A stretch of DNA of 64,000 nucleotides. Source: a virus (taxonomy: Duplodnaviria > Caudoviricetes). The stretch spans positions 287 to 64,286 of IMG/VR virus record IMGVR_UViG_3300020582_000008. One strand, 5' to 3'. This document shows, piece after piece, positions 8,562-18,299 of the stretch. A program made the translations under genes and the position numbers. Positions within the stretch are counted from its first letter, which is position 1, and every line of letters starts with the position of its first letter. A model generated the notes under the pieces. The model worked only from the letters and a program-made list of their open reading frames with translations, made no database searches and was not told the origin of the DNA.

Positions 8562-9276
8562 GCTGTATTCGCTCTATCCCGATGAAGGAATGTTGCGACG
8601 TGAACTCTATCCTCGGCATATGGCTTTTTTCGCTGCTGGGGGATTTCATGATCCGATTGAAACGTGGTGCCCAGAAGGCTGCGATGGTTCTCCGCATCGT
8701 GAGCGACTGGCACTGTGTGCAAACCGCGTCGGAAAAACCTTGGGCATGGGCGGTTATGAACTCGCGTTGCATTTGACCGGTCGCTATCCGGATTGGTGGC
8801 CAGGTTATCGTTTCGACCGCCCGATTGAAGCGTGGGCCGCCGGCAAGACAAACGAAACGACGCGCGATATTATCCAGCGCGAAACTTTATTTGGCCCGAT
8901 CAAATGGTTCGGGCGCAAGAAAGGTGTTTCAGGCACGGGGCTGATTCCCGCAGAGGATGTTGATCAAGAGACGATCACTTGGAAACGCGGCATCGCCGAC
9001 TTTATCGATACTATCCAAATCAAGTCGCAGTTTGGCGGCTGGTCATCGCTCGGAATCAAATCGTATGAACAGGGCCGCGGGGCGTTTGAAGGGACGGCCA
9101 AGGATTTCATCTGGGACGATGAAGAACCTCCATTGCCGATCTACACCGAACAATCGATCCGATTGATGACCAAAGCCGGCCTGTCGGTTTTGACCTTTAC
9201 CCCTTTGGAAGGCATGTCGGATGTGGTACAAGCGTTCTTGCCTGGCGGGAGATTGCCAGGGGAATCGGAGTTTTAG
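8476..9276 (+). CDS. terL: terminase large subunit, ATPase part (split gene, P22-like)
   Basis: Walker A ANRVGKT, Walker B FIWDDEEPP, motif III LTFTPLEG. Confidence 0.9.
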   Translation: MLSTLSPEGRKLLSTRLRENLAKQAPFRKLYSLYPDEGMLRRELYPRHMAFFAAGGFHDPIETWCPEGCDGSPHRERLALCANRVGKTLGMGGYELALHLTGRYPDWWPGYRFDRPIEAWAAGKTNETTRDIIQRETLFGPIKWFGRKKGVSGTGLIPAEDVDQETITWKRGIADFIDTIQIKSQFGGWSSLGIKSYEQGRGAFEGTAKDFIWDDEEPPLPIYTEQSIRLMTKAGLSVLTFTPLEGMSDVVQAFLPGGRLPGESEF

Positions 9277-9278
9277 AT

Positions 9279-9494
9279 ATGGCTGCGACAGCAAAGCCTA
9301 TTACATTTGAGGAATGGGGACGTAGCCAATTGCAGCCTGCCGCTTTGGCGTGCAGATGTGATGAGCAAGCGGATATTCTCAAGGAATATCTTACTGGCGA
9401 ATTTAAGGATTTTATCGACATCAAGGAGCGCGCTGGGTTGGTCGAGTTACAAGCACGGCTGCGCTTGCGGGCGGTTGAACTGCGTGCAGTATGA
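9279..9494 (+). CDS. hypothetical protein between the two terminase halves
   Basis: GGAG RBS; ATGA overlap with the nuclease half. Confidence 0.6.
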   Translation: MAATAKPITFEEWGRSQLQPAALACRCDEQADILKEYLTGEFKDFIDIKERAGLVELQARLRLRAVELRAV

Positions 9495-10300
9495 CCGACG
9501 CCCCAAGCCTCTCTGCCGGCCCAGCCGAAGAAGTCATAGCGAAGCGATCACGCTTTGTCGTGATGGCCGGCTGGAATGACGTTCCGCATCTTACCCCCGA
9601 AATGATTGCGGAAGAAAAATCCCGCATCCCACCCCACGAATTCGAAGCACGCTCACTCGGCAAACCATCCCTCGGCCAAGGCGCGGTCTACCCTGTTCCT
9701 GAATCCGAAATCCTTTGCGATCCGTTCATCGTCCCCGATTGGATGCCGCAGTGCTATGCGCTCGACGTGGGCTGGAAACGAACCGCCGCGCTGTGGGGAG
9801 CCTGGGACCGCGACAACGACGTGGTGTATCTGTACGGCGAACACTATCGCGGGCAGGCCGAACCTCCAATTCATGCCGCTGCGATCCGCGCTCGGGGCTT
9901 ATGGATTCCCGGAGTCATCGATCCCGCCGCGCAAGGCCGAGGCCAGAAAGACGGTGCACAACTGCTCACCATCTACCAGAATGATCTTGGCCTTAATCTC
10001 ACCCAAGCCGATAATGCGCTCGAAGCTGGGATCGTCGCGGTGTGGCAGAGACTCACAACGGGGCGGCTCAAAGTGTTTCGGACGCTGGTTAATTGGATCA
10101 AGGAATATAGGTTTTATCAGCGCGACGAACACGGGCGAATCAAAGACGGACAAGCCGATCACTTGATGGACGACACGCGCTATCTTATCATGTCCGGGTT
10201 AAGCGTTGCGTGCGTGCGGCCGGCCGATCAGTGGACTACGGGTAAATCACAAGTCGCATGGCAAGCGGAATATGACCCCCTCGCCTACCAAACCCGATGA
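9491..10300 (+). CDS. terL: terminase large subunit, lid + RNase H-like nuclease part
   Basis: WNDVPHL, EARSLGKPSLGQGAVYP, ALDVGW, DHLMDDTRY. Confidence 0.9.
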   Translation: MTDAPSLSAGPAEEVIAKRSRFVVMAGWNDVPHLTPEMIAEEKSRIPPHEFEARSLGKPSLGQGAVYPVPESEILCDPFIVPDWMPQCYALDVGWKRTAALWGAWDRDNDVVYLYGEHYRGQAEPPIHAAAIRARGLWIPGVIDPAAQGRGQKDGAQLLTIYQNDLGLNLTQADNALEAGIVAVWQRLTTGRLKVFRTLVNWIKEYRFYQRDEHGRIKDGQADHLMDDTRYLIMSGLSVACVRPADQWTTGKSQVAWQAEYDPLAYQTR

Positions 10301-10481
10301 AGAACAGGAACGGCGCGAGCGCGTGATTGCGTATATCATGCGGCGCGATCACGTGAGTCGCGAGACAGCAATCGAGGCGTTCAAGCGACTGCGCGGGCAT
10401 GAATTGTGGATGCTCGAACAGGCATTGAAACCGAAACAGCCGATGTTCACGGCTGAGTATGATCCGCTTGGGAGAAATTGA
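10272..10481 (+). CDS. small protein ending in the terminase C-terminal motif AEYDPL
   Basis: ORF fills the TerL-portal gap; shared hexapeptide. Confidence 0.6.
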   Translation: MTPSPTKPDEEQERRERVIAYIMRRDHVSRETAIEAFKRLRGHELWMLEQALKPKQPMFTAEYDPLGRN

Positions 10482-10696
10482 TGGGCTCGCTGCTTTCCCC
10501 TCCACAGATGACTCCACCCCCACCGCCGCCAATCCCGCCTGCGGCTATCCCGCCGACCATGGCCAACCCCGCCGTGCAACAGGCCGGCAAGAATCAGATT
10601 GGTAAGGCCGCGGCACTTGCGGATTCGACGGTCAAGACCAGCGCGGAGGGCGATCTTGTGAAGCCCATGACGACATCCTCGCAATTGCTGGGCTGA
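10481..10696 (+). CDS. small Pro-rich pre-portal protein
   Basis: GGAG RBS; MG...PPPP...LLG pattern typical of the gene before the portal in this phage group. Confidence 0.7.
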   Translation: MGSLLSPPQMTPPPPPPIPPAAIPPTMANPAVQQAGKNQIGKAAALADSTVKTSAEGDLVKPMTTSSQLLG

Positions 10697-10697
10697 C

Positions 10698-12542
10698 ATG
10701 GCCCTGACCGCAGAACGCGCCGAAGTCTATTACGAGAATGCAAGCGCGTCGTTACTTGCTCTCACTCCCGCGATCATCGACGGCAAGACTTGGCAATCGA
10801 ATCAGGATTGGGAGGACTTTCGGAATTATCTGGAACAAGTCCTCTTGGGAATGCGCAATTGGCGCACGCCGTGGTGGATGCATTGGGGCGAGATAGCCGC
10901 TCAGATGCTTCCGCGAAGATATTATTGGGTCATCACTCCCAACAACATGACCCGCGGTCTGCCGATCAATCAGAACGTGGTGGACTCGACAACCACGCAA
11001 GCAATCGGTGTTTGCGCCGCCGGCATGATGGACGGGTTATCTTCTCCTACGAAAATCTGGTTCAAGTTTGAAGCACCCGAAGGCATGGAGTTGGACACGG
11101 CGGGCAAACGCTGGCTTAATGACTTTCAAAAGGACACATACGACGTAATTTCTGGATCGAACTATTATGATCGAAAGCACCAATATTACGAGGATCAGAT
11201 AACATTTGGTACCGCGCCGATGTTGATTTACGAGAACAGAGAGCGGATCATCAATTGCGAAGTGCCGTGCGCGGGGGAGTATTTCGGGGCGTGCGGGTCG
11301 GATAATTCCATCGAGACATTCGACCGCGAATTTGTTCTAACCTGCGGGCAAATCGTGCAGCGGTTCGGACCTAAAGCCGTAGCTGGAACCAACGTCGCGG
11401 AGCTTTGGAATACCAAAGGAGCAAACCTCGAAACCGAATTCATCGTCGCACATTCCATCGAGCCGAACTTTCCGGCGAATCAGTACGGTCAGAAGCCGAG
11501 GCTTGGGGTTGTTCCGGGTGGTTATGCATATCGCGAAACCTACTGGTTGCGCGGTCTCAACACGCCGCAGCCTCTCTCGGTGCGAGGCTATCGCGAAAAG
11601 CCGTTCATGTATGCGCCTTGGACTCAGCGCTCGAACGATGCCTATGGGCGCGGGCTTGGTATGGATGCGCTGCCGGATTGCAGTCAGTTGAATCAGATGA
11701 CGCGGCGAGAAGCCGAGGCCATCGACAAGGGCGTGCGGCCTCCGATGCTTGCCGACGCGACGTTGAAGAACGAGCCGGCTTCGACGCTTCCCGGTAAAGT
11801 CACATACGTTCCGAACCTCGCACAGAACGCCGGCATGAAAGCCGCATACACGGTCGATCCGCGTTTTGTGGAATTCATCGAGCAGAAGATCGTGACGTTG
11901 CAGAAGCGAATCGAGCGATGGTTCGCCAACGATGTGTTCGAAATGATCTCGCAGATGGAGGGAGTTCAACCCCGCAACGAACTGGAATTGCAGGAGCGCC
12001 GCGGTGAGAAACTGTTGCGCCTTGGTCCGGTGATCGAGCGCAATCTTCGCGAGGATGCCGTTGGCTTGAGGCGCATCGTGTCGATCATGAATCGTCGTGG
12101 ATTGATTCCGCCCAAGCCCCAATCGCTCGCGGGCGTGCCGGTCCAACTGAAATTCGTGTCCAAGCTGGCGCTCATTCAACAGGCCGCTAAGACCGCCGGC
12201 ATGGAGCGCACTATCGTCATGGGCGGTCGCATGGAAGCCGTCCGCCCTGGCACGCTCGACGAAATCAACTTCCCGAAATACCTGCGGGATTATGGCGAAG
12301 CGGTCGAGTTTCCTCCCGAGGATTGGAACACCGACGCGGAAAAGAAGGCTTTGCAAACCGCGAGGGCACAGCAGCAACAGCAGGTCGCCCAGATGCACAC
12401 GGCTGAAAAAGTCACGCCGGCTCTTGCATCAGCGGCACAAAACCTGTCACAAACCGATACTGGCGGCGGTATGAATGCGCTGCAAATGCTGTTGGGTGGC
12501 GGCGGTACGGGTGCCCCACCCGCAGTGGAAGGCGGACAATGA
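10698..12542 (+). CDS. portal (head-tail connector) protein, BPP-1/T7-like
   Basis: AAGMMDGLSSPTKIWF, FGTAPM, YGRGLGMDALPD, LGPVIER; 614 aa. Confidence 0.92.
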   Translation: MALTAERAEVYYENASASLLALTPAIIDGKTWQSNQDWEDFRNYLEQVLLGMRNWRTPWWMHWGEIAAQMLPRRYYWVITPNNMTRGLPINQNVVDSTTTQAIGVCAAGMMDGLSSPTKIWFKFEAPEGMELDTAGKRWLNDFQKDTYDVISGSNYYDRKHQYYEDQITFGTAPMLIYENRERIINCEVPCAGEYFGACGSDNSIETFDREFVLTCGQIVQRFGPKAVAGTNVAELWNTKGANLETEFIVAHSIEPNFPANQYGQKPRLGVVPGGYAYRETYWLRGLNTPQPLSVRGYREKPFMYAPWTQRSNDAYGRGLGMDALPDCSQLNQMTRREAEAIDKGVRPPMLADATLKNEPASTLPGKVTYVPNLAQNAGMKAAYTVDPRFVEFIEQKIVTLQKRIERWFANDVFEMISQMEGVQPRNELELQERRGEKLLRLGPVIERNLREDAVGLRRIVSIMNRRGLIPPKPQSLAGVPVQLKFVSKLALIQQAAKTAGMERTIVMGGRMEAVRPGTLDEINFPKYLRDYGEAVEFPPEDWNTDAEKKALQTARAQQQQQVAQMHTAEKVTPALASAAQNLSQTDTGGGMNALQMLLGGGGTGAPPAVEGGQ

Positions 12543-12787
12543 AACAGCAAAATCTCGAAGAGGCTGCGCGGCTTGCTATCTCGATGAAGAAAAGAAATAT
12601 TCTGTTGGAGCAATGCCAAGACACAGGCTCCAATTTGACTATCTCAGGAAGAACCGCCGTCACAATCACCGCGGACGACAAAATGATGCAGCCTCTAAAG
12701 GAACTTTTAGCTCACAGGCTTCGACAGGATATTCAAGAAATCAACGAGAAACTACGCTTACTCGGCGTGACGGAGCAAGCCGCGTGA
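12539..12787 (+). CDS. hypothetical protein
   Basis: ATGA coupling to the portal gene. Confidence 0.6.
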   Translation: MKQQNLEEAARLAISMKKRNILLEQCQDTGSNLTISGRTAVTITADDKMMQPLKELLAHRLRQDIQEINEKLRLLGVTEQAA

Positions 12788-12993
12788 ACACGACAAGTCC
12801 AATCACGGCGCTGTTGCTTGATCGCACGGTTGCGATGCTGATGACCTGTCCGAAAGAGGATAGGCGTCCACACAAGCATTTCGTCGTTATCAGCGGGAAG
12901 ATGATCGGGACCGGCAACCCGAATCTTGAGAAGGTGATGCTCACTCAGGTTGAGTTTTTGGAAATGTTTGGGCCGCAGAGTGCAGTGCAATGA
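12784..12993 (+). CDS. hypothetical protein
   Basis: GTGA and ATGA coupling on both sides. Confidence 0.5.
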   Translation: MNTTSPITALLLDRTVAMLMTCPKEDRRPHKHFVVISGKMIGTGNPNLEKVMLTQVEFLEMFGPQSAVQ

Positions 12994-13232
12994 GCGACGA
13001 TTTGAAGCAACAACCCGCAACGCCGGCAGCCGGCTCTGTCACGTACCTGGGCCGCAGCGAACGCGAGCGCGCGGCAGAAATCCGCGATGGTATCAAACAA
13101 CTCATGTTCGAAGTCGGGCGCTGGATGGATCAAGCGAACGCGCAAGGTATGCGCGTCGAGTTTCAGATGGTTATCGATGGGTTTGGCAAGAACGTCATCG
13201 GCCGATTGGATGTCACGAAGTCGCTTCTATGA
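12990..13232 (+). CDS. hypothetical protein
   Basis: Coupled ORF. Confidence 0.6.
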   Translation: MSDDLKQQPATPAAGSVTYLGRSERERAAEIRDGIKQLMFEVGRWMDQANAQGMRVEFQMVIDGFGKNVIGRLDVTKSLL

Positions 13233-13774
13233 CCGAAGAAGTCAAAACCTACGAACCCGACGATCCGCAGAACCCGAACAATCTGGTTGTTCGTGGGCGC
13301 GACGGCGATCCGGTTCCTCATCCGAATGGCACAGCCATGATCGAGAAGGAATCGTATGAACGCGTAGTGGAAGGCTTGAAGATGGCGAGCGACGCTTGCG
13401 TGCATCTTGCCAAGCGCGAGCCGCTAACCGCCTCCGTGTGGAACGAGATAGCACAGATGCTCGACAAGATACGCCGCGACGCTGTGGCTTTAGGTGGCGT
13501 CGATCTGGTCATGAAGCAACAGGAAACCGAAGCCGTGAGGGGTGAACCTCTGTCCTGGCGCGCGGCGCGGCAAAAGTTTCTCGACGGCATCAAACAAACA
13601 ACCGGCGGAATGCGCCAACTCGCGACGTGCTTTCGCGGCGACTATATGTGGTCGATGATGGCGCAACGGCTTGAGCGGCAGGAAAAGACGTTCCGGGGAT
13701 TGTTGCTCGGGCGCGTGGTGGAAAGTAGGAAGGGGACGCCGCTGATTCTGCCGCCTGGATTTGCGAGGTCGTGA
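13229..13774 (+). CDS. helical protein with an internal two-fold repeat
   Basis: VVEGLKMASDACVHLA / FLDGIKQTTGGMRQLA; ATGA coupling. Confidence 0.65.
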   Translation: MTEEVKTYEPDDPQNPNNLVVRGRDGDPVPHPNGTAMIEKESYERVVEGLKMASDACVHLAKREPLTASVWNEIAQMLDKIRRDAVALGGVDLVMKQQETEAVRGEPLSWRAARQKFLDGIKQTTGGMRQLATCFRGDYMWSMMAQRLERQEKTFRGLLLGRVVESRKGTPLILPPGFARS

Positions 13775-13899
13775 TGCGAATGATCGAAGAGGACGGCAAA
13801 GGACGTTTCTGGATAATCAAAGTAGCCGGCAAGAATTACGTTGCCTGGATAGCGCCGACGCCTCTGTGGTTTTGGATATAAAAACAACAGGAGACTCCT

Positions 13900-14091
13900 A
13901 TGCCTATCGGTCTTTTGTTCTGGATGCTGATGATCCTGTGGCTGATCTTCGGCGGTGTTTGGTGGCGCAACGGCGCCGGCTGGGCATACGGCTGGGGCGG
14001 CAACATGCTGTTGCTGTTCGTGCTCCTGTTCCTGCTCGGCTGGCACGACTTTGGGTTTATCCTGCAAGGTGGAGGCGGTCCCTTTCGATGA
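13900..14091 (+). CDS. small two-TM membrane protein
   Basis: AGGAG RBS; two hydrophobic helices. Confidence 0.75.
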   Translation: MPIGLLFWMLMILWLIFGGVWWRNGAGWAYGWGGNMLLLFVLLFLLGWHDFGFILQGGGGPFR

Positions 14092-14157
14092 GCTGGCAGT
14101 GAGCCGGGTTCCGTCGATTCCGCCCGATCTGAGAGAAACGCCGTCAATCTGCCGGGG

Positions 14158-14586
14158 ATGCTGATGCAGCCGAAGAAAGCCATGACTGATCTGCCGTACG
14201 GGGTGAATATCTCCGCGTTCGTACAGGACGGCAAAAGCCACATCCGCAAGGATGTGGATGACAAATTCCGCAGGATGTTGACCGAGGCCGCGGCGCGGCA
14301 GGCAAATTTCGCCGCTCGGTTCCACATCAGCAATGCGCTGCACAACGGCCCGTCGCGCGGTGGTGCTGCCGAATCGATCAAATTCTTCGGCTCCGAACTC
14401 GACGTAAAACTCCACCTGACCGCAGAAATCGTCGATGCCCTTGAAGTCTCCGCGCCTGGATTCAAAAAGTGGATGGAACTGACGGGTTTTGGCAACGACA
14501 AGACGATGATCCGGGGTTTTGTCGAGTGGGCTGAATTTCGGAACGGGCGCGGGAAGGTTATGACAAACTTAGCGGACATCAACTGA
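14158..14586 (+). CDS. hypothetical protein with a scaffold-like segment
   Basis: FKKWMELTGFGNDKTMIRGF resembles the TG.GN....IR.F segment of podoviral scaffolds. Confidence 0.55.
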   Translation: MLMQPKKAMTDLPYGVNISAFVQDGKSHIRKDVDDKFRRMLTEAAARQANFAARFHISNALHNGPSRGGAAESIKFFGSELDVKLHLTAEIVDALEVSAPGFKKWMELTGFGNDKTMIRGFVEWAEFRNGRGKVMTNLADIN

Positions 14587-14587
14587 C

Positions 14588-14977
14588 GTGGCCGAACGCC
14601 AAGGCATCTACGACTCAACCGACCCTGCCGCCATCGACGCCGCAGCAAGCGCCGCCGCGCGCCGCGACCACGACGACGACGAAACAATCCGGGTATGGAT
14701 GAACCACCCCAAGGGGCGCGATCTTCTGTACCGCCATGTCTACGAAACTTGTCACCTAGGCCGGACCTTTGTTGCGGTCGATGAAAACGGCCATTCCGAC
14801 ACGCACCGGACCTATCTGGACCTCGGCGAAAGAAATATCGGTGCATGGTGGGACGAAAGGCTTCGCAGGCACGCAGAACTCTATATGCTGATGCTCAAGG
14901 AACAGGAAATCGACCGGCAAGCGCGCAACGCGCAGCTTCTAAAGCAGAACGACAAACAAGACAGCGGAAATGGCTGA
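14588..14977 (+). CDS. Bbp19-like head assembly protein
   Basis: WMNHPKGRDLL, GERNIG, ELYMLMLKE; lies between portal and scaffold. Confidence 0.7.
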   Translation: MAERQGIYDSTDPAAIDAAASAAARRDHDDDETIRVWMNHPKGRDLLYRHVYETCHLGRTFVAVDENGHSDTHRTYLDLGERNIGAWWDERLRRHAELYMLMLKEQEIDRQARNAQLLKQNDKQDSGNG

Positions 14978-15890
14978 TAAAGACGCAAAACCCGAGCCTG
15001 TTGCCGCCGTTCCTGCGGAGACGAAAGTTACCGATTCGGTCGCGCTCCCCGCGTCGCCTTTGGCAACTGCCGATTCGGCCAATCACGAAGGCGCAGCACC
15101 CGCTGCGGAAGTCAAACCTGAGACAAAGCCGAACGGCCACGATGTAACTGCCGAAGCGAAGCCGGCCGCTGAGACGAAGCCCGAGACCAAACCAGATTCA
15201 GCGTCGGAGACCAAGCCCGATGCAACAAAGCCCGCCACGGAAAGTGGCGAGACCAAGCCGCCCGCAGAAGTGAAGGCTGAGACCAAGCCCGAAGGTGAGG
15301 TCAAGCCTGAGACGAAGCCGGCGGATACCAAGGAAGCCCCGGAAGCAACGCCGCAGGCCCCTCCTGTTTACGAAGCGTTGAAACTCCCCGACACGGTGAA
15401 GTTGGACAAGGATCGCGTCGCGAAATTCGACGAGATTATCGGCAAAACCGAACTGTCCACCAAAGGCGATCACGCCGCAATGACTGCTATGCGGCAGGAT
15501 TTAGCCAATCTCTATGTCGAGGAAGTCAATCGCATCGGACAACAGGTCGCAAAGCACCAGCATGACGTGTGGAATAGACTTGTCGAGCAGCGGGTCAACG
15601 AACTCAAATCGGACCCACAGCTAGGCGGCAACCGCATCGAAACAACGCTGGGTAACGCTAAGTACGCTCTGGAAACCATGGTGGGATTGTCGAAAGACGA
15701 AGCCACCACTTTGATCGCCGTCATGGACGCAGGTGGGGTTTCTCACCATCGTTTGATGATCAAGGCGCTCAATGGAATCTACGAGCTTTTGCGCGAGCCT
15801 GAACCCGTTCCCGGAACCCTGCCTCTCAACGCAACGACCTCGAAGGAACCCGGCCAGCGTGGCTGGTACGATTCGGTCGCCAAGACGTAG
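14970..15890 (+). CDS. capsid scaffolding protein
   Basis: Low-complexity E-T-K-P repeats, LKSDPQLGG, C-terminal RGWYD; lies before the MCP. Confidence 0.8.
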   Translation: MADKDAKPEPVAAVPAETKVTDSVALPASPLATADSANHEGAAPAAEVKPETKPNGHDVTAEAKPAAETKPETKPDSASETKPDATKPATESGETKPPAEVKAETKPEGEVKPETKPADTKEAPEATPQAPPVYEALKLPDTVKLDKDRVAKFDEIIGKTELSTKGDHAAMTAMRQDLANLYVEEVNRIGQQVAKHQHDVWNRLVEQRVNELKSDPQLGGNRIETTLGNAKYALETMVGLSKDEATTLIAVMDAGGVSHHRLMIKALNGIYELLREPEPVPGTLPLNATTSKEPGQRGWYDSVAKT

Positions 15891-15920
15891 AGAAGGCCAA
15901 GTTTGAAAGGCTTCTAGCCC

Positions 15921-16955
15921 ATGGCTTCCTTGACCCTGGCCGATGTCGGCCGTCGCATGGACCCTGGCGGCAAAATCGCCGACATGGCCGAACTGATGTC
16001 TCAATGCAACGAGATCGACGAGGATGCCCCGCTCGTAAAAGGCAATCTCACAACCGGCCACGTTGCCACGCTCCGAACCGCTCTGCCGAAGGGCACTCTT
16101 CGACGCTTCAATCAAGGCGTCGGCTACACCAAATCCTCGGCTGCGCAGATCACGTTCGGCATGGCGATGCTGGACGCCTATTCGCAGATCGACAAAAGAC
16201 TCGCCGATCTTGGTGGAAACACCAACGCCAACCGCGAGAAAGAGGACGTGGCCCACATGGAGGGCATGTCCCAGCAGTGGACTGGCTTCCTCGTTTATGG
16301 AAATGCTTGGACCACTCCCGAACAGTTCTCCGGTTTTTCAACCTACTTCTCCGCAATCGCCAATACACCGAACGGCGTCAATGTGTTCGACGCTGGGGGA
16401 ACTGGTTCCTCAAATACCTCGATCTGGCTCATCGGCTGGGGCGACCAGACGGTTTACGAGATTTACCCGGATGGTACGAAAGCCGGGCTGATCTTCGAGA
16501 ACAAAGGTGATGTTGTCCCGGCGTTCACATCGAACGGCACGGCCCGGTACGAAGCCTATACGTCCTACTTCTCGCGTAACGGCGGTCTCGCTATCGAGGA
16601 CTGGCGCTATGTGATTCGCATGGCGAACTTCGATACCACGACCGCAGGGCTTGCTGGTCCTACTCCCCCGGACATCTTTGCGATCATGTCGAAGTCGGTT
16701 GTTCGTCTGCCGACGGCAGGGCGGATGGTTTCCGGCATCGTCAAGACCGACGCACCGGATCGCGTCGCTCCTTCGATCCGCCTGAAATTCTACTGCGACC
16801 GTACCGCGCGGGAGTACATGGACATCCAGGCGATCCGGGATAAGAACGTGCTGCTTCGGCCCGAGGATTACGCCGGCCGTCCGATTGTGAATTTCCGCAA
16901 TATCGCAATCGGTGTGGTCGATCAGATTCTCGATACCGAAAGCCGCGTGGTCTAA
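15921..16955 (+). CDS. major capsid protein (BPP-1 Bbp17 / epsilon15 gp7-like, HK97 fold)
   Basis: TLAD, RTALP...RRFNQG, EDWRYVIRMAN, FRNIAI...DQILDTESRVV. Confidence 0.92.
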   Translation: MASLTLADVGRRMDPGGKIADMAELMSQCNEIDEDAPLVKGNLTTGHVATLRTALPKGTLRRFNQGVGYTKSSAAQITFGMAMLDAYSQIDKRLADLGGNTNANREKEDVAHMEGMSQQWTGFLVYGNAWTTPEQFSGFSTYFSAIANTPNGVNVFDAGGTGSSNTSIWLIGWGDQTVYEIYPDGTKAGLIFENKGDVVPAFTSNGTARYEAYTSYFSRNGGLAIEDWRYVIRMANFDTTTAGLAGPTPPDIFAIMSKSVVRLPTAGRMVSGIVKTDAPDRVAPSIRLKFYCDRTAREYMDIQAIRDKNVLLRPEDYAGRPIVNFRNIAIGVVDQILDTESRVV

Positions 16956-16986
16956 GCGCAACCTCAATAGGAAAGGAGAGCACCCG

Positions 16987-17547
16987 ATGGGTATGCTCGA
17001 TCTGGCACTACAGTTCTCCAATGCGCAGGCCATCACGGCTACCGCACAATCGACCAACTTCTACGACCAGTTGACCGGGCAAAGCCTGACGACGACTTAT
17101 ACGCCGTCGCCTTCGGCTATCTTCTCGGTCAACGAAACCTACTTCGGCGAGGACTTGGGCATCGGCAAGGGCGAAGGCACGCCGCGTGTCGTGGTCAATG
17201 TCGGGACTGTTTTCGCAACTCTCACGTCGTTGCAGATTCAGTTCCAAGGCGCCCCGGAAAACGCGACCTCGCACGCCTCGGGTAATCGGTCGGATTTGAC
17301 GTTCGTCACCTATATCCAAACCGACACCATCGCCGCGGCTCTGCTCACGGCAAATACCCGAATCGCCGCTTTCGATTGGCCGATGCGCAAGACCGGCCAG
17401 GCGCTGCCGCGTTTCGTGCAGTTGAACTATGTGGTCGCCGGATCGAACGCAACGACTGGCACGATTACGTCGGATGTGACGCTGGGCGACGACGACGCAC
17501 AAACGACGCTCGCGTTCTACGGCAGTAATTATAAGGTTGCGTCCTAA
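16987..17547 (+). CDS. Bbp16-like capsid cement protein
   Basis: LDLALQFSNAQAITATAQST, PRFVQLNYVV; AGGAG RBS; follows the MCP. Confidence 0.8.
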   Translation: MGMLDLALQFSNAQAITATAQSTNFYDQLTGQSLTTTYTPSPSAIFSVNETYFGEDLGIGKGEGTPRVVVNVGTVFATLTSLQIQFQGAPENATSHASGNRSDLTFVTYIQTDTIAAALLTANTRIAAFDWPMRKTGQALPRFVQLNYVVAGSNATTGTITSDVTLGDDDAQTTLAFYGSNYKVAS

Positions 17548-17651
17548 CGGCACCATCCTCCCGTGTGCCGTAACGCGCCGTGCCCACAAAGCTGCAGAGG
17601 CCAAAGGGCACGGCGCAACCAAGTTTCGATTTTTCAAGATTGGAGTTAGCG

Positions 17652-18257
17652 ATGACCGAACAACTTCCCGAAGCCTTTGTGTCCGATGACGGGCGTAGAG
17701 TGACCGCGCCGACTTACGAGGCACTGGTGCAGGTTCAATTGATTCTCGCTTCCGCTGAGACAGGGCAAGCCGGACCTACATTACTCGAAGTCGGTGAAAT
17801 CTTCACCAGCGAAGCAATCCCCTCTCATGCGTGGCTTCCACTGAATCGCGCAGCCGGTGAGCGTTTCGAGAACTGGGTGAATTCGCTTCCGTTGGACGGC
17901 AAGAATATCCCGCAGGAGCTTATCACCGAGGCCGCGTTCCAGTTGCGCCCGCGCGAGGGCGACCCTGAATTCCCGATGGATCAATGGTGGCCGCATGTGC
18001 TTCGATTGGCCGCGAAGATGGCCGATGAAAAGCGCGGTAAGGTCGCCAAGGTACAACCCGGTTTTCGGCCGATGGCTCCCAACACCCCGCCGATGCCGTT
18101 TGCTTCGACCGGACCTATCGCGCCCGATCCGGGCCGGGCTCCTGCGATGCACCAGCCGCAGGCGCAATCGACTATGGACGCTCGCGCGCAACGCCAGAAT
18201 CGCCGACCACCGATGCCAAATACTGCCCCGGCGGCGCCGGCACAGACCACCACGTAA
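17652..18257 (+). CDS. hypothetical head-associated protein
   Basis: GGAG RBS; Pro-rich tail. Confidence 0.65.
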   Translation: MTEQLPEAFVSDDGRRVTAPTYEALVQVQLILASAETGQAGPTLLEVGEIFTSEAIPSHAWLPLNRAAGERFENWVNSLPLDGKNIPQELITEAAFQLRPREGDPEFPMDQWWPHVLRLAAKMADEKRGKVAKVQPGFRPMAPNTPPMPFASTGPIAPDPGRAPAMHQPQAQSTMDARAQRQNRRPPMPNTAPAAPAQTTT

Positions 18258-18299
18258 TCGCATTCAGACAGGAGCGCCGCAGCAAACGGCGATAGCACG

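Noticed and set aside
9277-9490. Group I intron or intein splitting the terminase
   Set aside because: The insert is only ~215 nt, encodes a coupled ORF with its own RBS, and shows no recognisable intron core, homing endonuclease or intein motifs.
4416-14846. Long minus-strand ORFs (4416-5342, 11337-12398, 13836-14846)
   Set aside because: Antisense shadows of clearly identified + strand genes in GC-rich DNA; no motifs.
15105-15325. Repeated gagaccaagccc-like units in the scaffold gene
   Set aside because: Explained by a low-complexity E-T-K-P protein linker, common in scaffolds.
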